A stretch of DNA of 64,000 nt, taken from the NCBI GenBank assembly GCA_905182345.1, contig CAJJBG010000004.1, positions 1,476 to 65,475 of the forward strand. The letters run 5' to 3'. Positions 49,986-58,598 of the stretch are shown here, one piece after another. Under the pieces are notes generated by a model. The model was given only the letters and a program-made list of their open reading frames with translations. It did not search any database and was not told the origin of the DNA. A program made the position numbers and the translations under genes. Source of the stretch: Pelagibacteraceae bacterium AG-422-B15 (GTDB lineage: Bacteria > Pseudomonadota > Alphaproteobacteria > Pelagibacterales > AG-422-B15). Numbering within the stretch: position 1 is the first letter of the stretch; every line of letters begins with the position of its first letter.

Positions 49986-50689
49986 TGATTGAGTTAAAAA
50001 ATAATATTTGTGTAGTAACGGGCGCATCATCTAATATTGGTAGAAACATCGCCTTAAAACTATCTAAAAGTGCTAAACATATTTATTTAATTGGAAGAAA
50101 TGTAAAATCTCTAGAGGAAACAAACGATTTGATACAAGAAAACAGTTGTGAGGCAACAATTGTTCCACTTGATTTAAATAATCACGATCTAATAGATGAG
50201 TTAGGTCTAAGTATTTACAAAAGGCACAAGAAAATTGATATTTTTGTGTCATGCGCAGGTACAATTAAACATCTCTCTCCAGTTACATCAATTAAACCAG
50301 AAGACTTTAATGATGTTATTGGTTTGAATTTAATATCAAATTTTAGATTGATTAGATCTTTTCATCCTTTATTTATGAACGCAGAGCATGCTAGGTGTTT
50401 AGTAATTAGTAAAAATATATCTGAACTTGGGAATCAATATTGGGGAAGTTATAACTCGGTTAGAATTGCTTTAAACAACCTTATAAAGACTTATGCTAAT
50501 GAAAATAAAAATTCTAATATTAAAATAAATTTATTTGAACCCCCTTTAATCAATTCTAATTTTTTAAATATCACTGCTCCGGGAGAAAATTTATTTAATC
50601 TTGTAAATTTAGATGACGTTACAAATAAAATGATGCCCTACTTAGAAAAAGATACTTCTGTATCAGGTAATATAATTACTTATTCTTAA
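49985..50689 (+). CDS. Short-chain dehydrogenase/reductase family protein
   Basis: Rossmann motif VTGASSNIGRNIA. ATG at 49985 (TGATG overlap with cvpA) preferred over TTG 49982. The catalytic region reads YNSVR rather than YxxxK. Confidence 0.7.
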   Translation: MIELKNNICVVTGASSNIGRNIALKLSKSAKHIYLIGRNVKSLEETNDLIQENSCEATIVPLDLNNHDLIDELGLSIYKRHKKIDIFVSCAGTIKHLSPVTSIKPEDFNDVIGLNLISNFRLIRSFHPLFMNAEHARCLVISKNISELGNQYWGSYNSVRIALNNLIKTYANENKNSNIKINLFEPPLINSNFLNITAPGENLFNLVNLDDVTNKMMPYLEKDTSVSGNIITYS

Positions 50690-51491
50690 CATATGGATTT
50701 TTTGAGACTATAAAATCTAATTGAATTGGTACTCCTAATAGTGAAAATTGTTTTCTTAATAAATTTTCATAGAAGCGCTTATAACTTTGAGGTACTTTCT
50801 TGCTAGAATTTATAAATATCTTAAAACGTGGATAATCATCATCAGTTTGCACCATATATTTAGGCTTTACTTCAATCTTATTTATTTTTGGAAACTTTTG
50901 ATTCTTTAAAAGATCTCTAATAAAGTTATTTAGCTTTGGCGTACTTATTTTTCTAGCTTTGATTTTACATGCTCTAATAACTTTTTTTAGAATTTGTTCA
51001 ACACTTTCAATAGACAGTGCTGAAATAAATTGCAAGTTTATGGTATGTGCAGGACTATAACTTTCTAAAAAATAATATTTTTTATCATTCTTAAATTTAT
51101 CAATATCATCTATTAAATCAATTTTATTAAAGACTAAAAATAATATTTTTTTTCTTTTAATTACTATTTCAGCTATTTTTAAATCTTGCTTAGTTAAGTT
51201 TTCATTTGAATCTACTAGTAGAAAAACAACATCAATTTTATCAATCAAATTTATAACTTCGAAAGTTATTTTCGCTTCATCTTTGTCATTAATTTTATTT
51301 TTTCTCCTTAATCCAGGTGTGTCAAAAAAAGTAAAATTAATATCTAAGATTTTAATTGTATTTTCAAATATACTTTTAGTTAATCCCGACACTGGACCTG
51401 CGGGAGAAAGATACTTGCTATTAAGTGTGTTATAAAAAGTTGATTTACCTGAATTAGGCTTTCCAACAATTAAAAAATTAATATTTTCCAC
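50676..51491 (-). CDS. der: Der/EngA-type ribosome-assembly GTPase with a single G domain plus KH-like domain
   Basis: 271 aa, GTG start. G1 GKPNSGKS, G3 DTPG, G4 NKID. The C-terminus (VPQSYKRFYENLLRKQFSLLGVPIQLDF) resembles the Der KH-like domain. Follows yfgM-like and bamB as in E. coli. Confidence 0.75.
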   Translation of the reverse strand: MENINFLIVGKPNSGKSTFYNTLNSKYLSPAGPVSGLTKSIFENTIKILDINFTFFDTPGLRRKNKINDKDEAKITFEVINLIDKIDVVFLLVDSNENLTKQDLKIAEIVIKRKKILFLVFNKIDLIDDIDKFKNDKKYYFLESYSPAHTINLQFISALSIESVEQILKKVIRACKIKARKISTPKLNNFIRDLLKNQKFPKINKIEVKPKYMVQTDDDYPRFKIFINSSKKVPQSYKRFYENLLRKQFSLLGVPIQLDFIVSKNPYVKNK

Positions 51492-51495
51492 TAAA

Positions 51496-52791
51496 TTAGT
51501 TTATTTCAAAAATATTAGAACTTTCATCCATAAAAAATGCTTTATCGGACAATATTATTGGATTTATTAGGATGTCATTTATTGAGATTTTATCACTTGA
51601 TAATATTTCACCAGTTATTGGTGAAATGGTTACAATCTCACCATGTCTTGAAATTGAGTAAAGAACACCATTAAGTAAATAAGGTCCTTTCCAATTATTT
51701 AATTTTCCAGATTTTTTGTTATTCTTGGATTTCTCAAGTTGTGCTAACCAATAAATATCACCTGTATTTTTATTTACACATAACATTCTAGCGTCCTTAT
51801 CAAGCACGTATAATTGTAGTCCTGAAATTACAGGAGAACTTGAACCTGATATTTCAATCGACCATGCACTAGATCCATTTATTAAATTTGTAGCTAATAA
51901 TTTTCCATTATTGCTTATGGTATATACTTTATCTGATTCAATTACTGGGTTAGCAGTTATATCTTTGATGTCAAAATTACTTAAAGATGATACTTTTGAT
52001 ACGTTTTCTGTCCAAATTATATTACCTGAATCATAAATAAATGCGATTATCTCTCCATTACTAAATGGAACAATTACAATATTTTCAACTGCTGTTGGAG
52101 TTGCAGTTAATATGTTCTTTTTGTTATCAAATGTAGTTTGAAAATTCCATTTCACTTCACCATTATTTAAGTTGAGTGCATATATATTATTGTTTGAAGT
52201 TATAAAATACATATGCCCTCTATAAATTAAAGGTGCAGAAATTATTGGTATGCTAATATTTTTTTCCCATATTATTTTTCCATCTATGCTATTTATAGCT
52301 TTAACTTGACCATAACCATCTACTAAAAAAATTTGATTATTAAAGTACGCAATACCACCAAGTATGACTTCATACTTTTTTTGATCATTTTTTTTAAGGT
52401 CTAATTCCCAAGTAATTTTATTATTTATTAGATCGATACATCTCAAAAAACCCTTACTACTAACATTGCATAATTTATCTTCAAAATAAATTGGTTGGAT
52501 TGTGTTAGTTGCAAGACCAACACCATTTAATATTTTCTTCTTATCTTTAAACTTATAATTTATAGATATATGAGGAAGATTATGATGAGGACTTTGGCCT
52601 GATTGTGACCAATAAGTTACTTCCTGTGGTGGGTCTATCTGAATATTTTTAGTATCTAATTCGGATGATATGATTAAATCACTGGTGTAAGAAAGAACAG
52701 AAATTCTATCATTTATTATTTTTTCATCATTATTACTGCTACAGCTGGTGATTATAAATAATAAAAATATACTAATTAAAATGAAACGCAT
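51496..52791 (-). CDS. bamB: Outer-membrane assembly lipoprotein BamB (PQQ-like beta-propeller)
   Basis: 431 aa. Lipobox (FIITSCSS), repeated beta-propeller blades (G.IIW, G.VKW, G.IYW), located upstream of der. Confidence 0.8.
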   Translation of the reverse strand: MRFILISIFLLFIITSCSSNNDEKIINDRISVLSYTSDLIISSELDTKNIQIDPPQEVTYWSQSGQSPHHNLPHISINYKFKDKKKILNGVGLATNTIQPIYFEDKLCNVSSKGFLRCIDLINNKITWELDLKKNDQKKYEVILGGIAYFNNQIFLVDGYGQVKAINSIDGKIIWEKNISIPIISAPLIYRGHMYFITSNNNIYALNLNNGEVKWNFQTTFDNKKNILTATPTAVENIVIVPFSNGEIIAFIYDSGNIIWTENVSKVSSLSNFDIKDITANPVIESDKVYTISNNGKLLATNLINGSSAWSIEISGSSSPVISGLQLYVLDKDARMLCVNKNTGDIYWLAQLEKSKNNKKSGKLNNWKGPYLLNGVLYSISRHGEIVTISPITGEILSSDKISINDILINPIILSDKAFFMDESSNIFEIN

Positions 52792-52794
52792 TCT

Positions 52795-53433
52795 TTACTC
52801 AGATATAAGAATTAATTTTTCTAAGCGCATCTTTAAATCAAACGGTGTTTCTTCGTCTATTAGTAGTTCTGAAAATAATTCATAGGCTTTTTTACTATCG
52901 TTTAAAATCAAATATTTAATTCCTAATAATTCTTGAAAATATAATTTAAGAATTTTTTTATCTGCATGTACAATATTCATGTTAGCTTCAATTTCAGCAA
53001 GGCTGATAGTTTCAATCTCCAAGAGCAAGTACTTATACATGGCTAATTCACGGTAAATATTTTCTAAGGAAGGATTACTAGATAAATCTTTTAGCTGTTG
53101 TATGGCTGCATCTCTATCTTCGCTTAAAAGAGCATCAGCTAATTTAAATTTACTAAATGCTGATAGTGTTTTATTCCCGTTAACATAAACTGAATCAAAA
53201 GTTTTATTTGCTAATTCAAATTGTTTTTTTTCAATTTTTTCTGAAGCTAAAAAATAGTCTTCTAATATTTTTTCATTACTAGAAATTATTTGTGATTGGT
53301 AGAATTGAGTTAGGCTAAAAATAATTACAATTAATACAATAAGACCGATTAGGTACTTACCGTACTTGCTCCAAAGGTTGCTATAGCGCTCTTTTCGAAT
53401 ATCTTCGTCAACTTCTTTTAGTATATTAGCCAT
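52795..53433 (-). CDS. YfgM-like membrane-anchored TPR protein
   Basis: 212 aa. N-terminal single TM helix (YLIGLIVLIVIIFSL) followed by a helical-repeat domain. Position upstream of bamB-der. Confidence 0.6.
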   Translation of the reverse strand: MANILKEVDEDIRKERYSNLWSKYGKYLIGLIVLIVIIFSLTQFYQSQIISSNEKILEDYFLASEKIEKKQFELANKTFDSVYVNGNKTLSAFSKFKLADALLSEDRDAAIQQLKDLSSNPSLENIYRELAMYKYLLLEIETISLAEIEANMNIVHADKKILKLYFQELLGIKYLILNDSKKAYELFSELLIDEETPFDLKMRLEKLILISE

Positions 53434-53439
53434 ATAAAG

Positions 53440-54261
53440 TTATTTTTCTTTGCTTACTATCGTAGGTTTCATTTGATAAGTATTTTCTATTGAAGGAAAT
53501 TTTTCTGATTTTACATCACTAACATAATCTTTTATAGCTTTTTGTATAGGACGCGATAAGTCTAAATATTGTTTAACAAATTTTGGAGAAATATTGGTTA
53601 AGCCAAGCATATCTTCTGTAACAAGTATCTGTCCATCACATTTAGCAGATGCACCAATACCAATTGTTGGCACCTTTATGCAAGTGGTTATTTCAGCAGC
53701 CAAAGGTTCTACCATTCCCTCTAGAACAATTGAAAATACTCCAGCATTCTCTAGCGCTACTGCATCATCAATATATTTTTTCCACTCAAACTTATCTCTA
53801 CCTTTAATTTTGTATCCGCCATCAATTATGATGCTCTGCGGCTGTAGTCCAATATGGCCCATCACAGGTATACCTCTGTCTGTAATATAGCTTACAGTTT
53901 CCTGCAGTAAAGATCCTCCTTCTAATTTTACACCAGAACAATTTGTTTCTTTAATTGCCCTTAATGAACTACTAAGTGCTTGTTCTTTGGATTCTTCATA
54001 TGTACCAAAAGGAAGATCCATAATGACACATGCTTTTGAGGTAGCTCTCATTACTGCTTTCGTGTGTTCAATCATTTGATCAAGAGTAACTGGAAGTGTG
54101 TTTTCATAGTCATATAAGACCATACCCAGTGAATCTCCTACCAGTAATAAGTCTACATGCTCATCTAAAAGTCTTGCTATTGGAGCGGTATAGGCGGTTA
54201 GGCAAATTATCTTTTCAATACCTTGTTTGGATTGGATTTCCTGAATAGTTTTACGTGACAT
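53440..54261 (-). CDS. panB: 3-methyl-2-oxobutanoate hydroxymethyltransferase
   Basis: 273 aa. LLVGDSLGMV and GVKLEGG motifs. Confidence 0.95.
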   Translation of the reverse strand: MSRKTIQEIQSKQGIEKIICLTAYTAPIARLLDEHVDLLLVGDSLGMVLYDYENTLPVTLDQMIEHTKAVMRATSKACVIMDLPFGTYEESKEQALSSSLRAIKETNCSGVKLEGGSLLQETVSYITDRGIPVMGHIGLQPQSIIIDGGYKIKGRDKFEWKKYIDDAVALENAGVFSIVLEGMVEPLAAEITTCIKVPTIGIGASAKCDGQILVTEDMLGLTNISPKFVKQYLDLSRPIQKAIKDYVSDVKSEKFPSIENTYQMKPTIVSKEK

Positions 54262-54274
54262 AATGTAAGTCTTT

Positions 54275-54308
54275 TAGTTTATATGTTTAAAGTTTTCCAT
54301 ATAAACTA
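54275..54308 (-). other. Inverted repeat (11-bp arms, 12-nt loop) 13 nt upstream of the panB start
   Basis: TAGTTTATATG (54275-54285) and CATATAAACTA (54298-54308) are exact reverse complements. They sit in the 84-bp spacer between the nitroreductase gene and panB. Confidence 0.6.
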
Positions 54309-54345
54309 TTAAGTGTTTGTAAAATGTTGTTTTTATTGAGATTAT

Positions 54346-55005
54346 TTAATCGACAAATGTTGCCCAATCCTCAATAGGTCTTCTTGAGCTTCTTAGTTCA
54401 TTTATTTTAGAATTTGGGTCTTTATAACCTATTGCAACCCCACAAAATAACATTAGATCATCTGGGGTATCTAGAAAATTTGATATACATCCTTGTTTTA
54501 GAGACCATGACTCTTGTGCACATGTGTCTAAGCCGGATTCATGGGCTAAAAGCATAAAACTTTGCAAAAACATGCCAAGATCAGACCATTGCGGCAAACC
54601 CATTTGTTTATCGACAAAACAAAATAATCCAGCTGGTGCACCAAAGAATTCAAAGTTTTTAAGCATTTGATTTAATCTGCCTACTTTATCTTCACGGCCA
54701 ATATCAATTAACGAATACATTTCTTCCCCCATTTCATTGCGTGAAGTTCTATATGGCTCTTTTAATTTTTCTGGGTAAATTGGATAAGGCGGATTCTCTT
54801 GGCCTTTCCAGTTTACTTGAAAATCTAAAAATTTTTTCATAGATTTATCATTTAAAATATAAATTTTCCAAGGCTGCAAGTTTCCACCAGATGGAGCATG
54901 GGACGCTGTAGTAAGAAGGTCTTTGATTAAATTGCTATCTACTTCTTTATTTAGAAATGCTCGAATTGATTTTCTACTTTTTATTATATCACTTAGCGAA
55001 TTCAT
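54346..55005 (-). CDS. Nitroreductase-family flavoprotein
   Basis: 219 aa. RKSIRAF and HAPSGGNLQPW motifs. Confidence 0.8.
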   Translation of the reverse strand: MNSLSDIIKSRKSIRAFLNKEVDSNLIKDLLTTASHAPSGGNLQPWKIYILNDKSMKKFLDFQVNWKGQENPPYPIYPEKLKEPYRTSRNEMGEEMYSLIDIGREDKVGRLNQMLKNFEFFGAPAGLFCFVDKQMGLPQWSDLGMFLQSFMLLAHESGLDTCAQESWSLKQGCISNFLDTPDDLMLFCGVAIGYKDPNSKINELRSSRRPIEDWATFVD

Positions 55006-55014
55006 ACTTAATAT

Positions 55015-55830
55015 CTACCTTGCAATAAAAATAAAATTCTGAATATAATTAATATCTTTTATTTTGGCGTCTTTTTGATTGTCTCTAACGGAATATTCTT
55101 CAATTTTTTCTAAATCTCCATCTGCATTACAAATATATTTATCATAACCATAATCGTTCATAACTCTAAATAGCTCATTAGTATCTTTGGTGTGAACTTC
55201 TTCATTCTCAATTATCATATTGGGTTTATCTCTAGCAATAATTTTTTCTGCACCTTTTAAGACTTCAATTTCAAAGCCCTCTACATCAATTTTAATTAAG
55301 CCTATGTTCTGAATATTTAAGCTATCTAACTTTCTACATTCTATGCTGATTAATTTACCATTATCTTCTTCACTACGAGCAAGTGATGCCCCATTAGAAG
55401 ACCAACCATTCTCATGATGTGGAATTCTAATCTCAGTACGTTCGTTAATATTTCCCAAAGCTATTGGTAAGATGGTTACATTTTTATCGACCAGGCCTCT
55501 GAGATTTTCTAATGGATATGGGTTAGGTTCAAACGCATAAACATGCGCAGATGCTTTAGACATAAAACTTGTAAAAAGACCTAAGTTTGCTCCAACATCG
55601 ATACTAGCTTGATCTTTAGTTACTAATGTAGATATTAATTTGAGTTCTGGGTTTCTGTATTTTGCATATTTGTAACAACGAATATGATGATATAATCTAA
55701 ACGGTAAATATCTATATTTTAGATTTTGCTTAAATTTATTTAACCAGTCTTTAAATGTTAAGAGTGGTAATTTCTCTGATTCTATCTTTGATAAAATATC
55801 TAGGTCAAGTATGGTATTTATATTTTTCAT
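55015..55830 (-). CDS. FkbM-family SAM-dependent methyltransferase
   Basis: 271 aa. IDVGANLGLFTSF...AFEPNP pattern. Confidence 0.75.
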   Translation of the reverse strand: MKNINTILDLDILSKIESEKLPLLTFKDWLNKFKQNLKYRYLPFRLYHHIRCYKYAKYRNPELKLISTLVTKDQASIDVGANLGLFTSFMSKASAHVYAFEPNPYPLENLRGLVDKNVTILPIALGNINERTEIRIPHHENGWSSNGASLARSEEDNGKLISIECRKLDSLNIQNIGLIKIDVEGFEIEVLKGAEKIIARDKPNMIIENEEVHTKDTNELFRVMNDYGYDKYICNADGDLEKIEEYSVRDNQKDAKIKDINYIQNFIFIAR

Positions 55831-55836
55831 TTTTAA

Positions 55837-56238
55837 TTATTGTTTAAATTGTTCATTGCATAGAATCTTTAATGCATTTTCAGCATCTTTAATAGGTACA
55901 AATATATGGTCATGAAAATATCCTGCAAACATATTTGCGCTAATGTTACTCTTAGTCAGAATAGTTGATATTTGCGCTGTTAAGCCCACACTAATCAAAG
56001 TTGATTCTAGTCCTAGAGATATACACTTAAATAACTCTTGATATTTTAAACTCTCCTGCTCAGCTCTTTGTTTAGTTATCACTAAAGTTAGGCCTTCTTT
56101 CTCTTGAAAGGATCCAATTGGGTTAAGATTTAAATAATCTCCATATTTTGCATTTTTAAAAGTACAAAAAACATACTCCTCTAATAAAAGAGAAGGTTCT
56201 AAGCTTTCAAATGAATCGATCTTACTATTCATCTGCAA
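55837..56238 (-). CDS. Small ACT-domain-like protein, function unknown
   Basis: 133 aa. The C-terminal segment (GLTAQISTILTKSNISANMFAGYFHDHIFVP) resembles ACT-domain ligand-binding proteins. Weak assignment. Confidence 0.5.
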   Translation of the reverse strand: MQMNSKIDSFESLEPSLLLEEYVFCTFKNAKYGDYLNLNPIGSFQEKEGLTLVITKQRAEQESLKYQELFKCISLGLESTLISVGLTAQISTILTKSNISANMFAGYFHDHIFVPIKDAENALKILCNEQFKQ

Positions 56239-56659
56239 CCAAATCTAAAATTGAATGCTTTATATCCATAATTAAAATATTTGCATCTTTTTCTATATAT
56301 GGTTTGGTTTCTAGATTATTCCAAACTGGGTTTGGCCAAGATATATCATTATCTTTTCTAGCAATAACATGAACATGAAGTTGAGGTACAATATTACCTA
56401 ATGCTGCTACATTCATTTTTGATGCTTGAAAATATATCAACATTCTTTTTGCAACCTCGTCTGTTTCTTTGACTAATTGTAATCGATCTTCATTAGAAAG
56501 CTCATATAACTCGTTAATGCCATTTCTACAGGGGATTAAGATTAGCCATGGATAATTTGAATCATTCATTAAAACTACTCTACACAAAGTTAGATTAGCT
56601 ATATGGAATGTATCTTGTATTAATCTTGGATGAAGTTCAAAATTTATCACTAACAACAC
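56225..56659 (-). CDS. HIT-family nucleotide hydrolase/transferase
   Basis: 144 aa. Histidine triad QLHVHVIAR. Confidence 0.8.
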   Translation of the reverse strand: MLLVINFELHPRLIQDTFHIANLTLCRVVLMNDSNYPWLILIPCRNGINELYELSNEDRLQLVKETDEVAKRMLIYFQASKMNVAALGNIVPQLHVHVIARKDNDISWPNPVWNNLETKPYIEKDANILIMDIKHSILDLVADE

Positions 56660-56921
56660 CTTCTTTTTTTAAAAGTTCTTTTTTTTGTTGAGTGCCACCT
56701 TTGCCACTATAACCACCCAACTCTCCATTTGATCTAATTACCCGATGACAAGGTATGGTTATAGGATGCGGGTTTTGCCCACAAGCATTCGCAACTGCCC
56801 TTGCGGCCTTGGGCTTGCCAATCAGTTTTGCTAATTGTTTATAGGTTCTTACTTTTCCTTTTGGAATTTTTGCAATTGCATTCCATACTTTGATCTGAAA
56901 TGTTGTTCCTTGAAGCATCAT
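56637..56921 (-). CDS. Stand-alone MGMT (O6-alkylguanine-DNA alkyltransferase) C-terminal domain protein with intact PCHR
   Basis: 94 aa. Wing-helix TYKQLAKLIGKPKAARAVANACGQNP and active-site IPCHRVI. Confidence 0.85.
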   Translation of the reverse strand: MMLQGTTFQIKVWNAIAKIPKGKVRTYKQLAKLIGKPKAARAVANACGQNPHPITIPCHRVIRSNGELGGYSGKGGTQQKKELLKKEGVVSDKF

Positions 56922-56988
56922 TATACTAGGTTAGAGAAAAATTTAATAAACAATATTTAATTTATTTAAAAAAACAACATAAGCAACT

Positions 56989-57348
56989 CTAGCTCTTATA
57001 AGTTAGATATGACTTACGTGTTGTTTCTATGATTTCCCATACACCCGTACTATTAGCAGGAAAATAAACTACATCGCCAGCCTCAATATTAATTGGCTCT
57101 CCATCATCAGGGGTAAAAATTGCTTTCCCTTTTATAAATGTACTAATTTCAGAATCTAGAATTTGTCGAACCCATGTTCCTGGGCTTGATTCCCATAAGC
57201 CTGCTTCAGAGCCATCTGGATTTGTTGAAATTTTCAATCCACGCAAAGTTGATATGGTTTCACTAATAGGCACTGGAACATTACCCCAGTCTTCTAGCTG
57301 GTCTGATGGAATAGACGCTACATCTTTAAGCTGTTTTTGTTTATTCAT
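56989..57348 (-). CDS. Small cupin-fold protein (DUF861/cupin_3-like), function unknown
   Basis: 119 aa. Single cupin barrel (AGDVVYFPANSTGVWEI) without the His-rich metal motifs of enzymatic cupins. Confidence 0.6.
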   Translation of the reverse strand: MNKQKQLKDVASIPSDQLEDWGNVPVPISETISTLRGLKISTNPDGSEAGLWESSPGTWVRQILDSEISTFIKGKAIFTPDDGEPINIEAGDVVYFPANSTGVWEIIETTRKSYLTYKS

Positions 57349-57359
57349 ACATTTTACCC

Positions 57360-58556
57360 TTAACTTAAATTATATTTAGCTACACACTCTATATGATGCG
57401 TCATAGGAAATAAATCTACAGCTGTAATTTTTTCTAGATTATAGTCCTTGTTTTTCAATAACATAGTGTCTCTAGCCAGTGAGGCTGGATCACAAGATAT
57501 ATAAACAATAGTTTTCGGTTTCTTTTCTAGCATTTGATCAATAACAAGCTCACCTGCCCCTGCTCTTGGTGGATCTAATAGAATTACATCTACAGTCTTT
57601 ATTAATGGCAATATATTTTCGACTCTTCCTAAGTAAAGAGTCACATTTGATTGTTTATGAAATATTTTAGAAGCATCTTTAACTGCACGTTCATCAGATT
57701 CTATTAAATGTACTTCGCCTTTTTCTCCAATTATTTTTAAAATAGGTGCGGTAAATAAACCTGTTCCTCCATATAGGTCACAAACTTTATCTCCTTTATT
57801 AAGTGACAGAAAGTCCATTGCAATGTCTACTAATTTTTTAGGTGCGCTTTTATGACCTTGCCAGAATGAATTAGGTGAAACTTTATAAATAAAATCGTCA
57901 AATGTTTCATTTAACTGTGTAGGTCCGGAAATGCTACGGCCTCCACGAGAAATATTTGTTTCTTTAAGACTTGATACCGCAATATTTAAGCGATCATTAC
58001 CTCTCCATTTACGATTAAATATATCTAAACTATTTATTTCATCTGCTGCAAGTAAACATTGGTCTACTTCAACTACAGTTTTACTTTTGGCAGCATAAAA
58101 CCCTGGCTTACCATTTTTTGAAATAGCAAAATTAATACGTGTGCGCCAATGTAATCCTGACTGAGGTTCAACACTAATAACTTCTGGCTTAATATCCATT
58201 TTTGCTAATCGCAAAAATTGTTCTTGAATAACCTTAGCTTTTAATTCACGTTGAGCATTGATATCTATGTGTTGAAAATCACATCCACCACAACCATCTG
58301 GTTTAGCAAATGCACAAGGTGCTGTCACACGGTCTTTTGATGGATTAATAATTTCTATAGCATCTCCAAATGCTAATTTTTTAGATAAGCCTGTAATTTT
58401 TACTTTAGCTGTTTCGCCAGTTATAGCATGACGGACAAATATAACTTGCCCTTCATGACGGGCGACAAAGTGGCCTCCATGAGCAATTGCTCCTATATCC
58501 AAAGTAACGGTATCACCTATGCTTAATATTGATGGATTATTAGAATTCATAGGCAT
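57360..58556 (-). CDS. RumA/RlmD-family RNA (uracil-5)-methyltransferase with TRAM domain and 4Fe-4S site
   Basis: 398 aa. Cys cluster CAFAKPDGCGGCDFQH, SAM motif VCDLYGGTGLF, DPPRAGA, and nucleophile context YISCDPAS. Confidence 0.8.
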   Translation of the reverse strand: MPMNSNNPSILSIGDTVTLDIGAIAHGGHFVARHEGQVIFVRHAITGETAKVKITGLSKKLAFGDAIEIINPSKDRVTAPCAFAKPDGCGGCDFQHIDINAQRELKAKVIQEQFLRLAKMDIKPEVISVEPQSGLHWRTRINFAISKNGKPGFYAAKSKTVVEVDQCLLAADEINSLDIFNRKWRGNDRLNIAVSSLKETNISRGGRSISGPTQLNETFDDFIYKVSPNSFWQGHKSAPKKLVDIAMDFLSLNKGDKVCDLYGGTGLFTAPILKIIGEKGEVHLIESDERAVKDASKIFHKQSNVTLYLGRVENILPLIKTVDVILLDPPRAGAGELVIDQMLEKKPKTIVYISCDPASLARDTMLLKNKDYNLEKITAVDLFPMTHHIECVAKYNLS

Positions 58557-58598
58557 TAATTATAGATATAATCTTAATTAAGATATAATAAAAATATT

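Noticed and set aside
49985-50689. SDR with YNSVR in place of the catalytic YxxxK (Lys to Arg).
   Set aside because: This rests on an alignment by eye. A one-residue register error or an atypical subfamily could explain it, so it is not enough to claim an inactive or novel enzyme.
56989-57348. Small cupin as a possible DddK-like DMSP lyase, as known from SAR11.
   Set aside because: It lacks the His-rich metal-binding motifs of DddK-type cupins and instead resembles the metal-free DUF861/cupin_3 type. Nothing supports a lyase call.
58571-58584. 14-bp perfect palindrome ATCTTAATTAAGAT flanked by direct repeats AGATATAAT, between the HI0933-like gene and the RumA-like gene.
   Set aside because: About ten 14-bp palindromes are expected per 64 kb at this base composition, so on its own it is not significant. 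It could still be an operator or promoter element.
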